Notes: generated by a model not told the origin, from the letters alone. Counted from the first letter of the whole stretch, positions 11,970 through 25,599 are shown. The stretch is DNA of 61,141 nt, filler included, from Bipalium vagum (GCA_037834085.1; 3 parts of 3 records of this genome joined end to end with filler, not necessarily neighbours in it), one strand, 5' to 3'. Numbers and translations: made by a program.

Positions 11970-14900
11970 GCTAAACACCAAAAGATGTGGATTCAATATT
12001 TTTAAAATAAAATCTCTTATCATCAAATTGATCTAATATTGTTTTATTTTACACATTTTTTCTACAAATTCATTTTTTGTTATTTTTGGATTTTTTAATT
12101 TTTTTTAAAATCTTCTAACTTCAATTCATTTTTTAATATACATTTTTGTATACCTTTATTTTTAAGCTTTTCTGTTAGATTATCAGTAGAAACGTTTTTT
12201 GATTTATATAAGCATATGATTTGGATTTTAATGCTGCAAATTCTATTAATATTTCTCCTATTATTTGATCTGTGAACTTTCCTAATACTTTTTAATATAA
12301 TCATCTTTTTCTAATTTTAAACTAGCAGAAAATTCATTTTCCTTATATTCAGAAAAACCATCCAATCTTTTAACTCATTTAAATCTTCATAAAGATAATC
12401 TGTTTTTATATTCATTATAAATGAATCAGTGTCTTGATAAATCAATTCAATATCATCTTTATATTTTTCTTTTAAAACATCATAATGAAATTCATACAAT
12501 ATTAATTTTGATAATTCTAATATACAAAATCCTAAATAAATTGGTTTATTCATTTTTGTTTTATACTTTTTATAATGAATTGCCATTAGGTTATTTGAAA
12601 AGATTTCTCTTCTTTCAAATGTTGTCTTACTTATTTGTTTCTTTGCTTTGTCTGAATCTGTGACTAATTTTACATTTACTCTTTTTCTTATATTTTTCAT
12701 AGTTTTTCCAAAGAAAGAATTATTCATTAATTTATAATTATCTTTTTCAAAATCAGAATTTGCTTTTTTTCTTAAGTCTGTAATATGTTCTATATATTCT
12801 TTTAACCATGTTTTTGTATAAAAGATATAACTTGAGGAACTTTTGTCACCTTCATAAATCTAAGATAAAATTTTAAAACTTTATAATGAACTGTATAATT
12901 CTTTTTTGGTTTTCAATCTAATAATAATTTTGGAACCTTTGTATGATGTTGATTATTTATTTCTAATAAATATTTTTGATAATCTGATGATTCTTCATCT
13001 TTTACAATTATAGAAACTTCAGCAAGAGGATATGATTCACAATATTTTTTTGTTTCTTCATCTTTATATTCTAAATCTACTTCACAAATAAATCCTAATG
13101 TTGTCTCTGAACTTTCACATTTAAATTCACATTGAGATAAATAATGATCAATCATCTGTGAATAATCTTTTTCGGAAAAAAAATCTTTTTTTTATGTTTG
13201 CAGCTCTGCTGCTTTTTAATTGCGAAACTTTGTTTCTAAACTCTTCAGGTTGATCTCTATATTCATATTTAAAATTTTTATATGGCAATGATTGACACAA
13301 TGCATTTCCATAAAGATTATTTGCATAATATAAAATAAATAATTTGGTTTTAAAAATCCTGTTAAATCTTTTTTATCAGTTAAAACTTTCATTATTTTAG
13401 GTAATTCTAGTTTATCTAATTCAAAGTAATGTTTTGATTTTTCTGTATATTTATTATGAGCTTTAATATATCTAGTTCCTAATATTGTTGATATTCCTCC
13501 TCTTATTCCTTTTTTTAAAGTTTCAAACATATTTTGATCAGTAATTAAATCTAATTAATAATCATAACCATTTTTAATAATCATAATTTCCAAGTTAAAC
13601 CAGGAGTTGATACAAAATAACAAGGATCTAAAATAAATAATTTTCTAAATTTTTCAAAAATATCTGCTAATGACTTTACATCTTGTTTAAGATATAAAAT
13701 TGTATAATCCGAATGATTTCTACAAAACTTTAAAAAACTGTTTTATATCTTTCATATTCTTGATCAGAAATATTTGATTTATTTAAAATAGTATAATATA
13801 CTTCTTTTGGTAATAATTCTGTTCTATTATATTTTTCAAAATCTTTAAAATAATCTTAAGGATAAATTCCTTTTTTATCTAGTAAGTTGAAAATCTTGAT
13901 AGCAAATGCTTTTAAATATTTTTTATCATTTTTATCTAATGCTTTTGCTGCTACATCTAAAGAAAATAAAAAAATCTTAATGAATCAACAAATGTAAAAG
14001 TTTTTATATAACTGAAAGAATTATATTTTTCATCTTTTTGGGTATTAAATAAAATATGTCATTTCTCGATAATCACTTTTTAATTTAATTTTTTTTACTT
14101 TCTGATTAATAAATTCAATATCAGCATAGATTACAAAAGGAAGTTTAATTTTATATTTATAATTCGTAAAAGATAATTTTGAACCGGGATTAGGAAAAGT
14201 ATATTTGTTTGTTTATTTAATATACAAAAATCATAAAGTTTTTTATAAGAAGATTCACAATTGTTTATTGATAAACATCTTTCACAAATAAATAATTCCT
14301 CATCTTCACTAGGTTTAAGTCTATTTCCAATTTCTTCATTGATCCATGCTTTAAAATCTTTAATTAAAATATAATGATCTTGATAAAATTATAAAGATAT
14401 TGTTTTATAATTATTAATATCCTTTAAAGATATATATAATGGGTATGATCTCCAAGATTTTCTTAATTCAATTTCTAGTTGATTAATGCAATCAATCATA
14501 TATACATTTATTCTCAAGTCATTTCCTTTTTCAAATTGATTAATATTATTTATTTTCATTGGGATATCTTTTTCATTATAATTAAATTTATATTCATTAT
14601 TTTTATACCAAATAATTCTTTCTTTATGATGAGGAATTTGATAATGGATAAAATAACAAACGATTGACCATAAAAAACATTTATTATCTTGGTTCTGAAT
14701 ATTAATAATTAAATGTGATTGGAAAGGTAAAGGAATAAATGTTCTTTTAAAACTTTTATATCATCAATTGAAAGAGTTAAATGAGAAAAACTATTAATTG
14801 TTCATCCAGATTTTTTTAATCCTTGCCAAGTGTTTTCCATTTCTTCTTCTAAATTTATAATATTTTTTGTTTCTGATTTAATATTATTTATTGTTAATAC

Positions 14901-15180
14901 TGTTCCAACAGCACAAGATGTTTTAAAAGTAAAATATTCAGAATCAGTTGGATGAAAAACATTTTATATTTAAGTTTAATGAGAATTTAAATGGTTTAAA
15001 AAATCTTCCATCTTGAATATGATAAAAAACTGTTTCTTTAATTTTAGGCAGAAAAATACTTAAATAATCTCTGACATCATTTCTTTCTTGTACTTGTTTG
15101 GAAATTAAATAATTCTTTGAAGAATTATAGGATTATTTACCGTTCTCGTACCCCCAAAGCGAGGTTTGTTTTTATTCATC
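11970..15180 (-). pseudogene. Protein-primed family B DNA polymerase (Polinton/adintovirus pPolB) pseudogene
   Basis: Motifs in order on the minus strand: INIQNQDNKCFLWSI, PFVIYADIE, FVDSL, KKGIYP, YLKQDVKSLADIFEKFR, DPCYFVSTPGLTW, KGIRGGIS, ANNLYGNALCQSLPY, GFICEVDLEY, LMNNSFFGKTMKNIRKR, NKPIYLGFCILELSK, YQDTDSF, LDQFDDKR. Many frameshifts, stops and deletions. Confidence 0.93.
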
Positions 15181-16739
15181 ATTTTAATCATTTATCACCA
15201 GATTTTTTTAATTAATAAATTTTAATATTTTTATAATTTTTAAATGTAATTACAATATTATAATTAAAACTTTTCTAGATGAAGTTCAAGTTATAGATTT
15301 AACAAATAAAACTAATGCAATATATGCTCATTAAATATTCCAGATAATATTATGGTTCAGAGTTCAACAAATCATTTAATTTACCAGAATTTAATTGAAA
15401 TCAGAAAATTTACCATTGTGGCAATCCTAACTGTTTATGTATGATACATAAACAGGTCGACTTTCGTAAAAATCTTTTTAAAATGAATCAGTGGTTACGA
15501 TTCTAAATGTAATCGAGTTTTGAATGACTTGGAAAAATCAAAAACATCTGAAAATAATTCAACAACGAAAATCTCTTGTATCCTGAACAACTTTATCTAT
15601 GCCGACAGTCTTTGAGCAGATCTAGTGTTTCACTGTAAATCGCTTCTCGAGGTCTTTTTCATTATGTGTATTGATATACCTTATCAAGTTTTCAACAGGT
15701 ATTCTGAGTGGATTCTTTCTCAGAGATGCCAACAAACGGAAATGTTCAACTGCTTAAATTTTCATAAAGTTTTAAAATAATCAATAAAATTGTGTTGATA
15801 TAGGTTTTATTTCGTTGAATGTACAAAAAGACCTTAATATTTTGTCAAATTTCATCAGACTTTGCTCTTCTGTATATATATAAAATATATGTAAATCAAT
15901 TTTAGTCCTTTTTTAATTATGACGAAACAACGATCTTTTTATATACGTTTTACACTTAGAATCAGTGTATTTTATATTTATCATAATGGTGGTGCGATTA
16001 TAAACTTAAAGTTAGAAGTTTTTAATTTTTATGCTATAAGAAATAAAAGAATTTATATAAAGGTCGATTTTCTTTAGTAATCTCATTTTAATTTGTTCCT
16101 TTATTATATTTTCAATAAAATCATAATTTTATGTCACTAATTTATGGCAAATTTAGTAGATTTAAAATTTTTTTAAAAATATTTAAATAGTTACATATAA
16201 TCTATTTAGAATAGATAAACAAAAATGACCCTGGGGTATGAGAACGGAATTATTATATTTTTGTTCTATTTCTTTTTTAAACTCAACCTTATTTTCAACT
16301 TTTATTAAATATTCTAAATCTTTATTATATTGATATAAATTTTTTTGTTGTATTTTATTATGTATGATGTTCATGATTATTTCATAATATCTGTTTTGAG
16401 GAAATTTATTTGATATTTTCATGATTTCTTCGTCAGTTAAATTATTTAGTTTTATTCGAAGTTTTGCTATTGTTAATTGATTTTGCGAAGCCTTTGGTTT
16501 CAAAATCTAGTCTTGCATTTTTAAAGAGAAAATATGATTTTTTTTCTTTTATATTTTTATATACTTTTAAGAAAAAATATAACTTTTTTGTTAATTTTAT
16601 TTTTTAATAAAAATTTGAAAAATTAAAAAAATATTAAAAATATAGATATAAAAATAAATAAAATATATTTAATGTAGTAGGGAAAACCAGATTTTGAAGA
16701 AAGAAAACGAACAAATGTGATCGAAAAATAATTATTAAA

Positions 16740-17612
16740 AACGTGCCCCCGAAACTATTTAAACTATTTTTCACTTTGAACGAGCGTATCCAAACACTTT
16801 GAGGTCGATTAAACTGAAAACTTTCTTGTCCTTGAATCTGCCAATTACGTCTGGGCGTAGCGTGGTTTTCACTCTCGTGTAGACGTACAGTCATGTCTAC
16901 GTCCAATCAGGATTTCCTTAGAAAGTTAAACAGCGTTTACACGTGATTGTGTTTCCCTGTTGGTTAGTGTGGCCGGAAGTGGTAGTGATTTAACACATGG
17001 GCTTGTGTTTCCACTGTGGGTTTACAGAGTCTACAATGGATGCCAAATTGTTGCTCCATGATTTAATCATGAAAAACCAATGCGCTGTAGGTAATGTATT
17101 GGTAATCATGATTTTATCGAATCGAACGCTCATTGAAGAACAACCCAAAACCTGATATTGTCTCACATGACTCATTTACCTGTTGTAGTAGTGAATACCC
17201 AGTCCTTGATGAAGTCATTTTGATCTCGTGTATATTCTTGTTTCCGAAAAAGTAATTTCTTGATTCACCGTTAGTCAATTTTATCATTACTTTTAGCTGT
17301 ACCTCCTCTTCAAAAATAAAGAAATCGCATTCTATACTTCTGGACCGGAAAGCCTTCGTGAAAACCCGTACCTTGATTCACCACGTGGTCTGAGAATGAA
17401 AATCACTTTCGAGGTTATCGTTGAGCCACCTAAATGCTATAGCTAGATTAACAGACGTGTCTATACGGAACCTTTTCCTTACATTATTGTTAAGTTTTTG
17501 CCTAAAAGGTTGATTTTACAAGAACTTAACTATGACTTTTAGGTCACTTAACAAGATTTAGACTCTCAGAAGGATTTACGGATGAACGTTAGGAACACTA
17601 CTGTCACAACAA
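16740..17612 (-). mobile_element. 3' part of an RLE-type non-LTR retrotransposon (R2/R4/NeSL-like), degenerate, cut by the contig end
   Basis: Minus-strand translation across frameshifts: TNTLPT, CRLCKPTVETQAHVLNH (CCHC knuckle), KHNHV (RHN motif), LRPDVIGRFKDKKVFSLIDLKV (PD..D restriction-like endonuclease). Confidence 0.75.
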
Positions 17613-17712
17613 NNNNNNNNNNNNNNNNNNNNNNNNNNNNNNNNNNNNNNNNNNNNTTAATTAATTAANNNNNNNNNNNNNNNNNNNNNNNNNNNNNNNN
17701 NNNNNNNNNNNN
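17613..17712. other. Artificial contig linker
   Basis: 44 N + TTAATTAATTAA (stop in all six frames) + 44 N = 100 nt. Confidence 0.99.
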
Positions 17713-20700
17713 ACTATTGCAATTATTATAATATTAAATAACATATCCTAAATTTTATTTAAACAAGCATACATATTTACTGAAATATGATGCCTTATGA
17801 TAATGACATATCTGGTTTAATATATAATTCGGCATTGTATGTCTGTTATAATAATGATCGGATAATCTGCAGATGGTTTGTTTGTGAAATAAAAAAAATC
17901 AGCCTTTTTCACCACCGATAGGATTTTATATTAAGGGAGAAATAAAAAAAATAATAAGTTCAGAATATTTATTTGTATATGTTTAAATTCTAAAAACCTA
18001 AACTGAAGTGTAATATGCAGATCAAACAGTACTTATTTCCATTAATTCTACAAAGTATTAAAATATTGTTCACTTAACTGAAGATAAATCTCGAGAGAAA
18101 AATAATTTTATTTTTTTAGTTTCTAAGATTTTTTACTAAAAGATTCCATCAATCCAATGAAGAACGGTAATTTAACCTTTTAGGAATTAGGTCATACCAT
18201 TGGAATCTTAATATTTTTTATTCTTCATAAATCAAATTTTAATAATCAAAGTTTTAATAAAAATATAAAATTGATAACAGAAATTACGATTCTTAAATAT
18301 TTTAATGTTAATATCTCGAAAATTAATTGGAAAATTATTTTCTCTGAAATTATATTATTTTATATTTTTCTAAGCTTAAACAAGTATGAAATCAAATAAA
18401 AATCAAAAATGTATAATTTAAAGTAAATATATAATAAATAAAAATAAATATTTAATAAATAAAAATACATATTTCATAATTAAAAATAAATAATTATTTA
18501 TTTAAAGTAAATAGTAAATAATTAAAAATAAATATTTAAAATTACAAAAAAATTAAAAATTAATTCCAAAAAAATATAAAAATATAAACATTTTGAAAAA
18601 AAAGATTTTACACCAAGCGTCTGAAAACGCGATATATTTTTATATGGACATTCATTTCTTTGAATTCGCTCTTCTAACAGAAAGAGAAAAAAAAACAAAT
18701 TTATTGTGATAATATAAATATTCGTTTTCTTTATCAAACAATTTTTTCAAGCTTCCTTTCAACATCGAACTGCTTTTATTTTTTTCAATGAGCCGTGCAA
18801 AAATAATTTTATATTTCGTGCAACACTGATTTCAAGGGAGATTTTTTTATTTCTTCATCTCTTCCAGTTAAATTTTATATTTGAATAATTAAATTTCTAA
18901 GATGAAAAATGTCAAAAAATATTTAAAATACTCCGCAATGAAATTCTGTCAAAACAAATGGTGGAAAATATTTTATTAAAATAATATATTTCATTTCATT
19001 TCATAATTTTTATGGGGAATATTTTTGTTCATGCCCATTGATTTTTTTGATGAACCTCGTTTCAATGGGATATAATTTAACAGAAATAAATAAATAATAA
19101 AATAAATAAAATATAAAATAATTACAAGATATTTTTCCAATAAATCTATTAAATCATTTGATTGAAAACTTACTAAATAATTTTCGATTTTCGATTTTCA
19201 ATATCTATTAGATAACGAGAGGTCATTTTCTGAAAGATTTCTATCAATGCAATTAGACTTAATCTTAAATAACAGAAATCATACCAAAGTTTATCAAAAA
19301 AAAAGGCTTAATGAGCAATCAATAGTTAATTGTAAGGAACACTAATAGAAAATTCATAGAGAATAATAGAAGATTTATGCTAAAATGTTGTCTGTGTGTG
19401 TTTTGTTGTCGTCTGTTGTTTCGCATTTCATTCGATAGGGACACTTTCAGATCTGTAACTCTTTTTTTCTTGCAACTATGCCTGTGCTTACAAACAATAC
19501 TTGTGATTATCCAAGAGAAAAATTTTGCAAATGGAAAATTTATGTATACCTTGGGAAACTTGCTTATCAATATTTGTTCAGCATATTTCTATATATAAAC
19601 ATGCTTTAATAGGTAAATGTCTGAATGGGTTTTCGTCTGCTAAAATTTAAAACAAATAAATAAATAAAAACTTTCAGATGTGAAGTTGACAACGCTTAAC
19701 ACTAACTGCAACCGAATAACAATTGTTTGTTTTAATTTTCTTTAAAGTAAAATTGTTTCGATTATCATGTTTTCTTAGCAGTCAGCGAATTTGATCTGTT
19801 TTAAAAATTTCTTTTAATTATGAATGATTTCTGTTTAAGATCCTCATAAATTCTATCGTTAAGTATTGGGCTGTCCGGAAAATTCGATCGTTTTTTATTA
19901 TAAAAATCAAAGGAATTTTTTTTACAGAAAAATTTTTATTAACAATTAGAAGCACAATTCTGTACAATAACTTGTTGCCATCTTTCAAGTAATGCCATAA
20001 TTCAACTTTCAAAGAAATATTTATCTTGCTGTTCCACAAAGTCAAGTGGAACAAGTCATTTTTTATTCAAGTTATATAATAGAACACGGAAGATATGTTC
20101 ATTTTCATTATCCATCTGGAAATGTTATCAAATATAAATATATTTTAATCGATTAAAATAAATTTTAAATATGAGATGAATAATATTTAAACTTTTAAAC
20201 TCCATATACATTATATATTTCTCTTTTATTTTAGTGCATGATAATCAAACAAAACTGATTTGTGTAACAAAAGGCACACACTTTCCGGGCAACCCAATAA
20301 TATTTGGATATTTCACAATTTCCAAATGTTCGTTAATTGTTAGTCTAGTAATCTTCTATACATTCTACCAACGGTTAAGTGTTAGGTTTTATTCTTGTAG
20401 ACAATTATTTTATTCTGTTTCAATTAGTAATTACAAGAGATATAAGATTTTTTCTGCTTAAGGATTTTTTTACGTTACGTATACTTTTATAAAAAGAACC
20501 TTGTTTTATACAGTTACTTTACATTCAAGTATTATGACAACGTTTCCTTGGAACTATCGGTATTATTATTTCTGTTAACCTGTGGATTCATTTTAGTATT
20601 GAAATTATTAGCATTAACTTACTATCTGAGGTACTCGTGTTATGATTTTCTTTTAATATTGTAAAAAACAAAATAAGTTATTATCAGGTTGTGTAGTATT

Positions 20701-21040
20701 AAATTTGTAGGTAATGAAATTGCCAACTTTAATTGTTGTTTATTTAAAAAAAAGCATGTTTATTTGTTGAAGGTGAATACACTTTTAGCAAACTTCCATT
20801 ACTTTTTATAGTTCTAGACCTTCCAAAAAGAAGATTTTTATCACTGAACGATATTCAGTAATTTCAATATTAAAAAAATAATTATAGGTAAATTTCAAAT
20901 GTCTTGTAAAGATAGAAAGAATTGACAAATTATCGATGAAAATTCACACGTGTTCATGGAAGGTATTATAATTTTTATAAAAATAAATTGACGAACTAAG
21001 TAGCACAATCGAAAGACAAAACTTATCAACTGACCTAGTA

Positions 21041-21840
21041 TTAGGTTGTCCTGTATGAAATTGCGGATTTTTAAAATTAATTTTCAAATTAAAGTTAATC
21101 ACAAACGTTAACAATAAATTGTTTGTTTCTATATACCAAATTAAAGAATAACTTTCAAATTTTAATATAAATATAAATGTGAGCATATTAATTTAAAGTA
21201 AAAGTTTTTTTTATCGTTCTTTACAAGACATGGTTGATCAAAAAATTCGAGTATGCATTTTAAAAGAGTTCAAACTTAACCACAATGCATCAGAAGCAAC
21301 TCGAAACATTAATGCTGCATGGGGTGAAGGTAGTATAAGCGAAAGAACAACAAAGATATGGTTAAAAAATTTTCGAGACGGGGATCTAAGTCTCCAAAAC
21401 CAAGACCATGGAAGACCCAAGTCCCTCTTAAATGAAGCCCAATTGAAGTCTGCTGTCGAAGAAAATACTCGAACAAATGTGAGAGAACTTGCTAAAGTTC
21501 TCAATGTGTCCAAATCAACAATTTCTACCCATCTAGAAGAGATTGGTAAGGTTAAGAAGATTGATTTATGGATTCCTCATGATTAACCAGAAAATCAACA
21601 AACATATTGATTGCAAATCTGTTCGTCATTAATAAATCGGAACCAAATTGATCCCTTTTTGTCTCGTATTATAACATGCGATGAAAAGTAGATTGTGTAC
21701 AACGATCAGTTAATATCCCGATGGCAACAGTGTGTCAAAAGAGATGGGAAATATTTTAATTAATAAAATTTATTTACAAGGTGTTTTTGACTTTTTTAAA
21801 ATAATATTGAAAATCCGCAATTTCATACTGGAACACCAAA
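21041..21840 (+). mobile_element. Internally deleted mariner (cecropia-like)
   Basis: TIRs ttaggttgtcctgtatgaaattgcggatttt / aaaatccgcaatttcatactggaacaccaaa; ORF 21230-21586 encodes the HTH region to WIPHD, then ITCDEK; most of the catalytic domain is deleted. Confidence 0.9.
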
Positions 21841-23369
21841 TATATAAATCCATATTTCAGTTTTAATTAAACAACGTGCAAAATATTTAATATTCTCTTC
21901 TTTTGAAAAAAATATAAAAAAATAGCAAAAGATTATATAATAAAAGTTCAAGTTATGATATTTATTGTTCTAAATGCAATAATATTTGACAATAGCAATA
22001 TTCTTTTTATACTATTGTATGAAGGATTGTGAGAAATTTCTTTTTTTCAATTAATTATTTTAAACTGACTTAATATGTTTTTTGATCTTACTTCCTAAAT
22101 TATCTTAAGAGTATAGTAAAAGCTACTCATTTATGTAAAGTATTTACTCAGTTCTGAAATATATGTTACTTAATTTATTAGTATAATAATAATGTAAATT
22201 TAAAAGTTATATATAATTATTAAGATGTACAAGTATGACTGTACTGTTTTTAGAGTTTAAAAAAATCAATGATTAAAGAAAAAAGTATGAAAATTTGATT
22301 ACAAGTATTAATATTAGATCATTGGAAAGTTCTGGTTCGATTTGAGATAGCGTATGGTATATAAACATTGAATAGTTCAAAATATAGTTTGAATAATAAA
22401 ATGTTTAATTCTGATAAAACTGATAAAAACTTTTCTTGTGGACTTTCCAAAGAAAATTCAAGAAATTTCTATAAAAATGGATTTAAATAGCTTCTAAAAC
22501 GTTAGAAAATACTTGTACAGTGGATTGATGTTTTATTAATAACGTTATTTATTTAAAATATTTTTAATTTTTTAAAAAAACTTTTTCAATCTCTAATATT
22601 TTGTAAAAATAATAGTTTCTCAACAATATAACATGCAATATTGATGAAAATTTATTCTTAGCGTTTTTGTTTATCCTGAAATATGCCATAATATTTTATA
22701 TTTTGATCAAATTAAGCAAATAAATCTGAAAAATTTTATTAGTTAATAAATGTTTCACATACTTTTTTGATGAAGTTTTGGCTACTGATTTTAGACTTTT
22801 TATACTATTATCTAGGGATTTCTTCCCTCTTTTACCCTAATTTGTAAATACTGAAAATTGAAAATATAATATTATTTGTACTCTGGATAATTTGTACTCT
22901 AATAATTTAATTCAAGTATACTTAAAAAATAAGTAGAATAAAGTTTATAAAAAAATTAAATTAAAAGTTTATTAAAAATAAAATACATTTTAAAGTAATT
23001 CAAAAAATGTTATAAAAATTTAATTATCACCTGAAAAAATATTGTTCGGATTTTTGGAAGTAAATTAAGATAATTTCTTTAAAATACTTAAAATTTTTTT
23101 AAAAAAATGAAACACAATAGTTAAGACATCCCACCAACATTCAGAAAATTTTATTCTGTTAAACATGTGCTATTTTGATTAATAACATTTATTTTCTACT
23201 GGATTTAGTTTAATAAAGGAACATTGAAATCAGAAAATTATGCAGTCGATTTGTCCAATATCTTTTTAGGCAACAGAATCCAAGTTTTCCAGGAACATGT
23301 CTCTATTCCATGCTCTTGGACAATATCTTTAAAAGAATATGATGTAAAGAATAAGATGTCATTGAGTCC

Positions 23370-23600
23370 TTATGTTTCCAGAGTAAAGACACAAAAATAT
23401 TTCGTTAAAAAATATATCATGATTAGTGTGTTTTGGGATGCAAAAGGGATTGATCAAAATTAACTTTACTGAGGAAAATATCGACTCGAGTTACTATTGC
23501 ATACTAGTTAGTGCTGCGAAATAGTTACTATGGAAGCCAAAGAATCAATAGCTCTTTTACACAACAGCTCTCAAATTCACACATATCAGTGAAGTATAGA
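23370..23600 (+). mobile_element. Mariner catalytic-domain fragment
   Basis: MISVFWDAKGI..IDSSYYC, similar to MLSIFWDANG in the 24704-25599 element. Confidence 0.55.
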
Positions 23601-23779
23601 TGTTTGGTTGGATGTTAGTTATTTACATAATAAATTTCGGTTCACGATTTTTATTAAAGAAATTATTTAACTTGAAAAGATAATGAAATATTATTATATA
23701 TTTAAATATTATTTTATTAGATATGTGAATTAATTTCTATCATATTTAAAATTTTTTTTTGATGTTTTCGTGGTTAGCA

Positions 23780-24701
23780 AGAGAATACTGCATGGAGCGA
23801 AACAAGTGGAAGTCAAATGATGCGTTGGGTAGGGTAAAATCCCCAATTACGTATTAATATTTTCAATTTTTTAAAATAGTATTGCAATATAATATTGTCG
23901 TGTCTGTGACTATTGTACTCTCTTGAAACTCATTAGTCGAGTAATTATTGTTGATATTGTTCACCAGTTACATTTTCAAACAGCTGTGACTATCAAAAGA
24001 TACATAACAATATTTTATTAATATTCGTTGATTTTCGCAATGTCGAAAATTGATGGTTCACAAAATATTATTCACGCTTTCTTTGGTTTAGGATTCTCGC
24101 CAGATCCTATTTTTTATCACAAGATACAATTTGAATCAAAAATTAATACATCGTACGAAGGATTTCGCAAACAGTTTTACAATTTTTTTGCTGCTTTACC
24201 GTGAATTCATTCAGTAACAATTTATCTTGATTTTGTTTAATTGCCATTACATACAAACGTTTATCAAAAGATGATTTTTCAACATTCAATGTTTGAGCCA
24301 TTTCCTTAAGTATTTTATAGGGATCTTCTTGGATTAGTGCTTTAAAGTTTTCATCTGTAAACTTCGGTTGGCCTGATCGCTTTTTGTCTTGTATGAGATA
24401 GTCACCAGAGAAAACAAATCTTTGCTGTAGCTTCAAATAGCCTATGTTCGCCATAAATTTGTGAAAATTATCTTACTGATTTCCTTAAATTAAAATAAAC
24501 TTACACTGTTTCCGGAAAATGATATTTTGTCGGTATATAATCATGTATTTCCACTTAAAATAATAACTAAATTAATCAACTTAAACAAATGATCGATTTT
24601 AACCTTTAATATTACATTTTAGTTTTATTTTTGTTGATAAGTACACAAAAATGTATAATAAATTATTTTATTACAAAACGATGGAAACTGATTTCCACAC
24701 C
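23780..24701 (-). mobile_element. Degenerate mariner (mauritiana-like)
   Basis: ORF 24143-24454 (DKKRSGQPKFTDENFKALIQEDP..EMAQTLNV) plus downstream decayed DDD motifs; TIR-like ggtgtggaaatcagtttccatcgtttt at ~24675-24701 on the minus strand. Confidence 0.75.
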
Positions 24702-24703
24702 GA

Positions 24704-25599
24704 CGTGGTGTGCCCAATAAGTAGAGAGCCTAATGTAAAAAGGTTAATGTAAATTAGAAAATATTATAATTATATAAAGTGAATGTAAATGTAAAATATT
24801 TGTTTTAATAAATTATTTTATGTTTTCAGGTAAATCGCGTTTTTTTAAAATATCTTTAGAAAATGTTAAATATCGGAAGGTCATTCGTTTTCTCTATTTG
24901 AAGAAAAAAAGTCGAAAAGAATTTCAAAATAAATTAGATGATGTTTACTTTGAACAAAGTCCTTCATGGGGTGCAACAAAACGATGGTACAATGAATTTA
25001 AAGTTGGAAGAACTTCCGTGGTTGAGGTAAAAAAATCAGGAAAGCCATGCGAAATCAGCGAAAAAATAACTGAAAATATACATGAAATTATACAAAATGA
25101 AAGAAGAATCACAACAAGAGATCTTACTGTGTGTCTAAATGTTAGCAAAGGTACTATTCAGTCATTAGTGGCATTAGAAAGTTGTGCTCACGATTCATAC
25201 CACGTTTTCTAACTGCTGATATGGAGTTTTGAGTCCGGCCAATAGAAATTGGAAACTTTACAACGTGTTGGGGAACACATGCTGGATTAACATCATCACA
25301 ATGGATGAGACGCCTCTATCTCCCTATATTCCAGAGTCTAGAAGAGAATCAAAAGAATGGAAACGTCCAAGAGAGATCAGTTCAAGAAAGATGAAGATAT
25401 CATAACACAAAAAAACATTAATGCTCTCCATTTTTTGGGATGCTAATGGCATGATTCCCACCGATTTTGTTGAATCACGTGTTCGTTTCAACAATGAATA
25501 CCATATCAATCTTGTGTGACACGCTAGGACACTGAGAGGGAAAAATGTGATCGTTTCTTGTTTTCTACAATATGCTTAGTACTTATTGGGCACACCATG
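24704..25599 (+). mobile_element. Internally deleted mariner-like element
   Basis: TIRs cgtggtgtgcccaataagta / tacttattgggcacaccatg; ORF 24820-25212 (YRKVIRFLYLK..ATKRWYNEFKVGRTSV..SGKP), then ITMDET and MLSIFWDANG. Confidence 0.88.

Noticed and set aside
15280-15900. Polinton minor capsid/integrase, or the first Sema exon
   Set aside because: Short open stretches on both strands with no recognisable motif or signal peptide.
17657-17668. Palindromic TTAATTAATTAA as a biological site (for example a piggyBac target)
   Set aside because: It sits symmetrically inside N runs and recurs identically at 41569-41580, so it is a synthetic linker.
18600-20900. Host gene, or an alternative genetic code, in exon-like islands
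   Set aside because: Every frame hits stops and no domain was recognised; intact genes elsewhere in the window read normally with the standard code.
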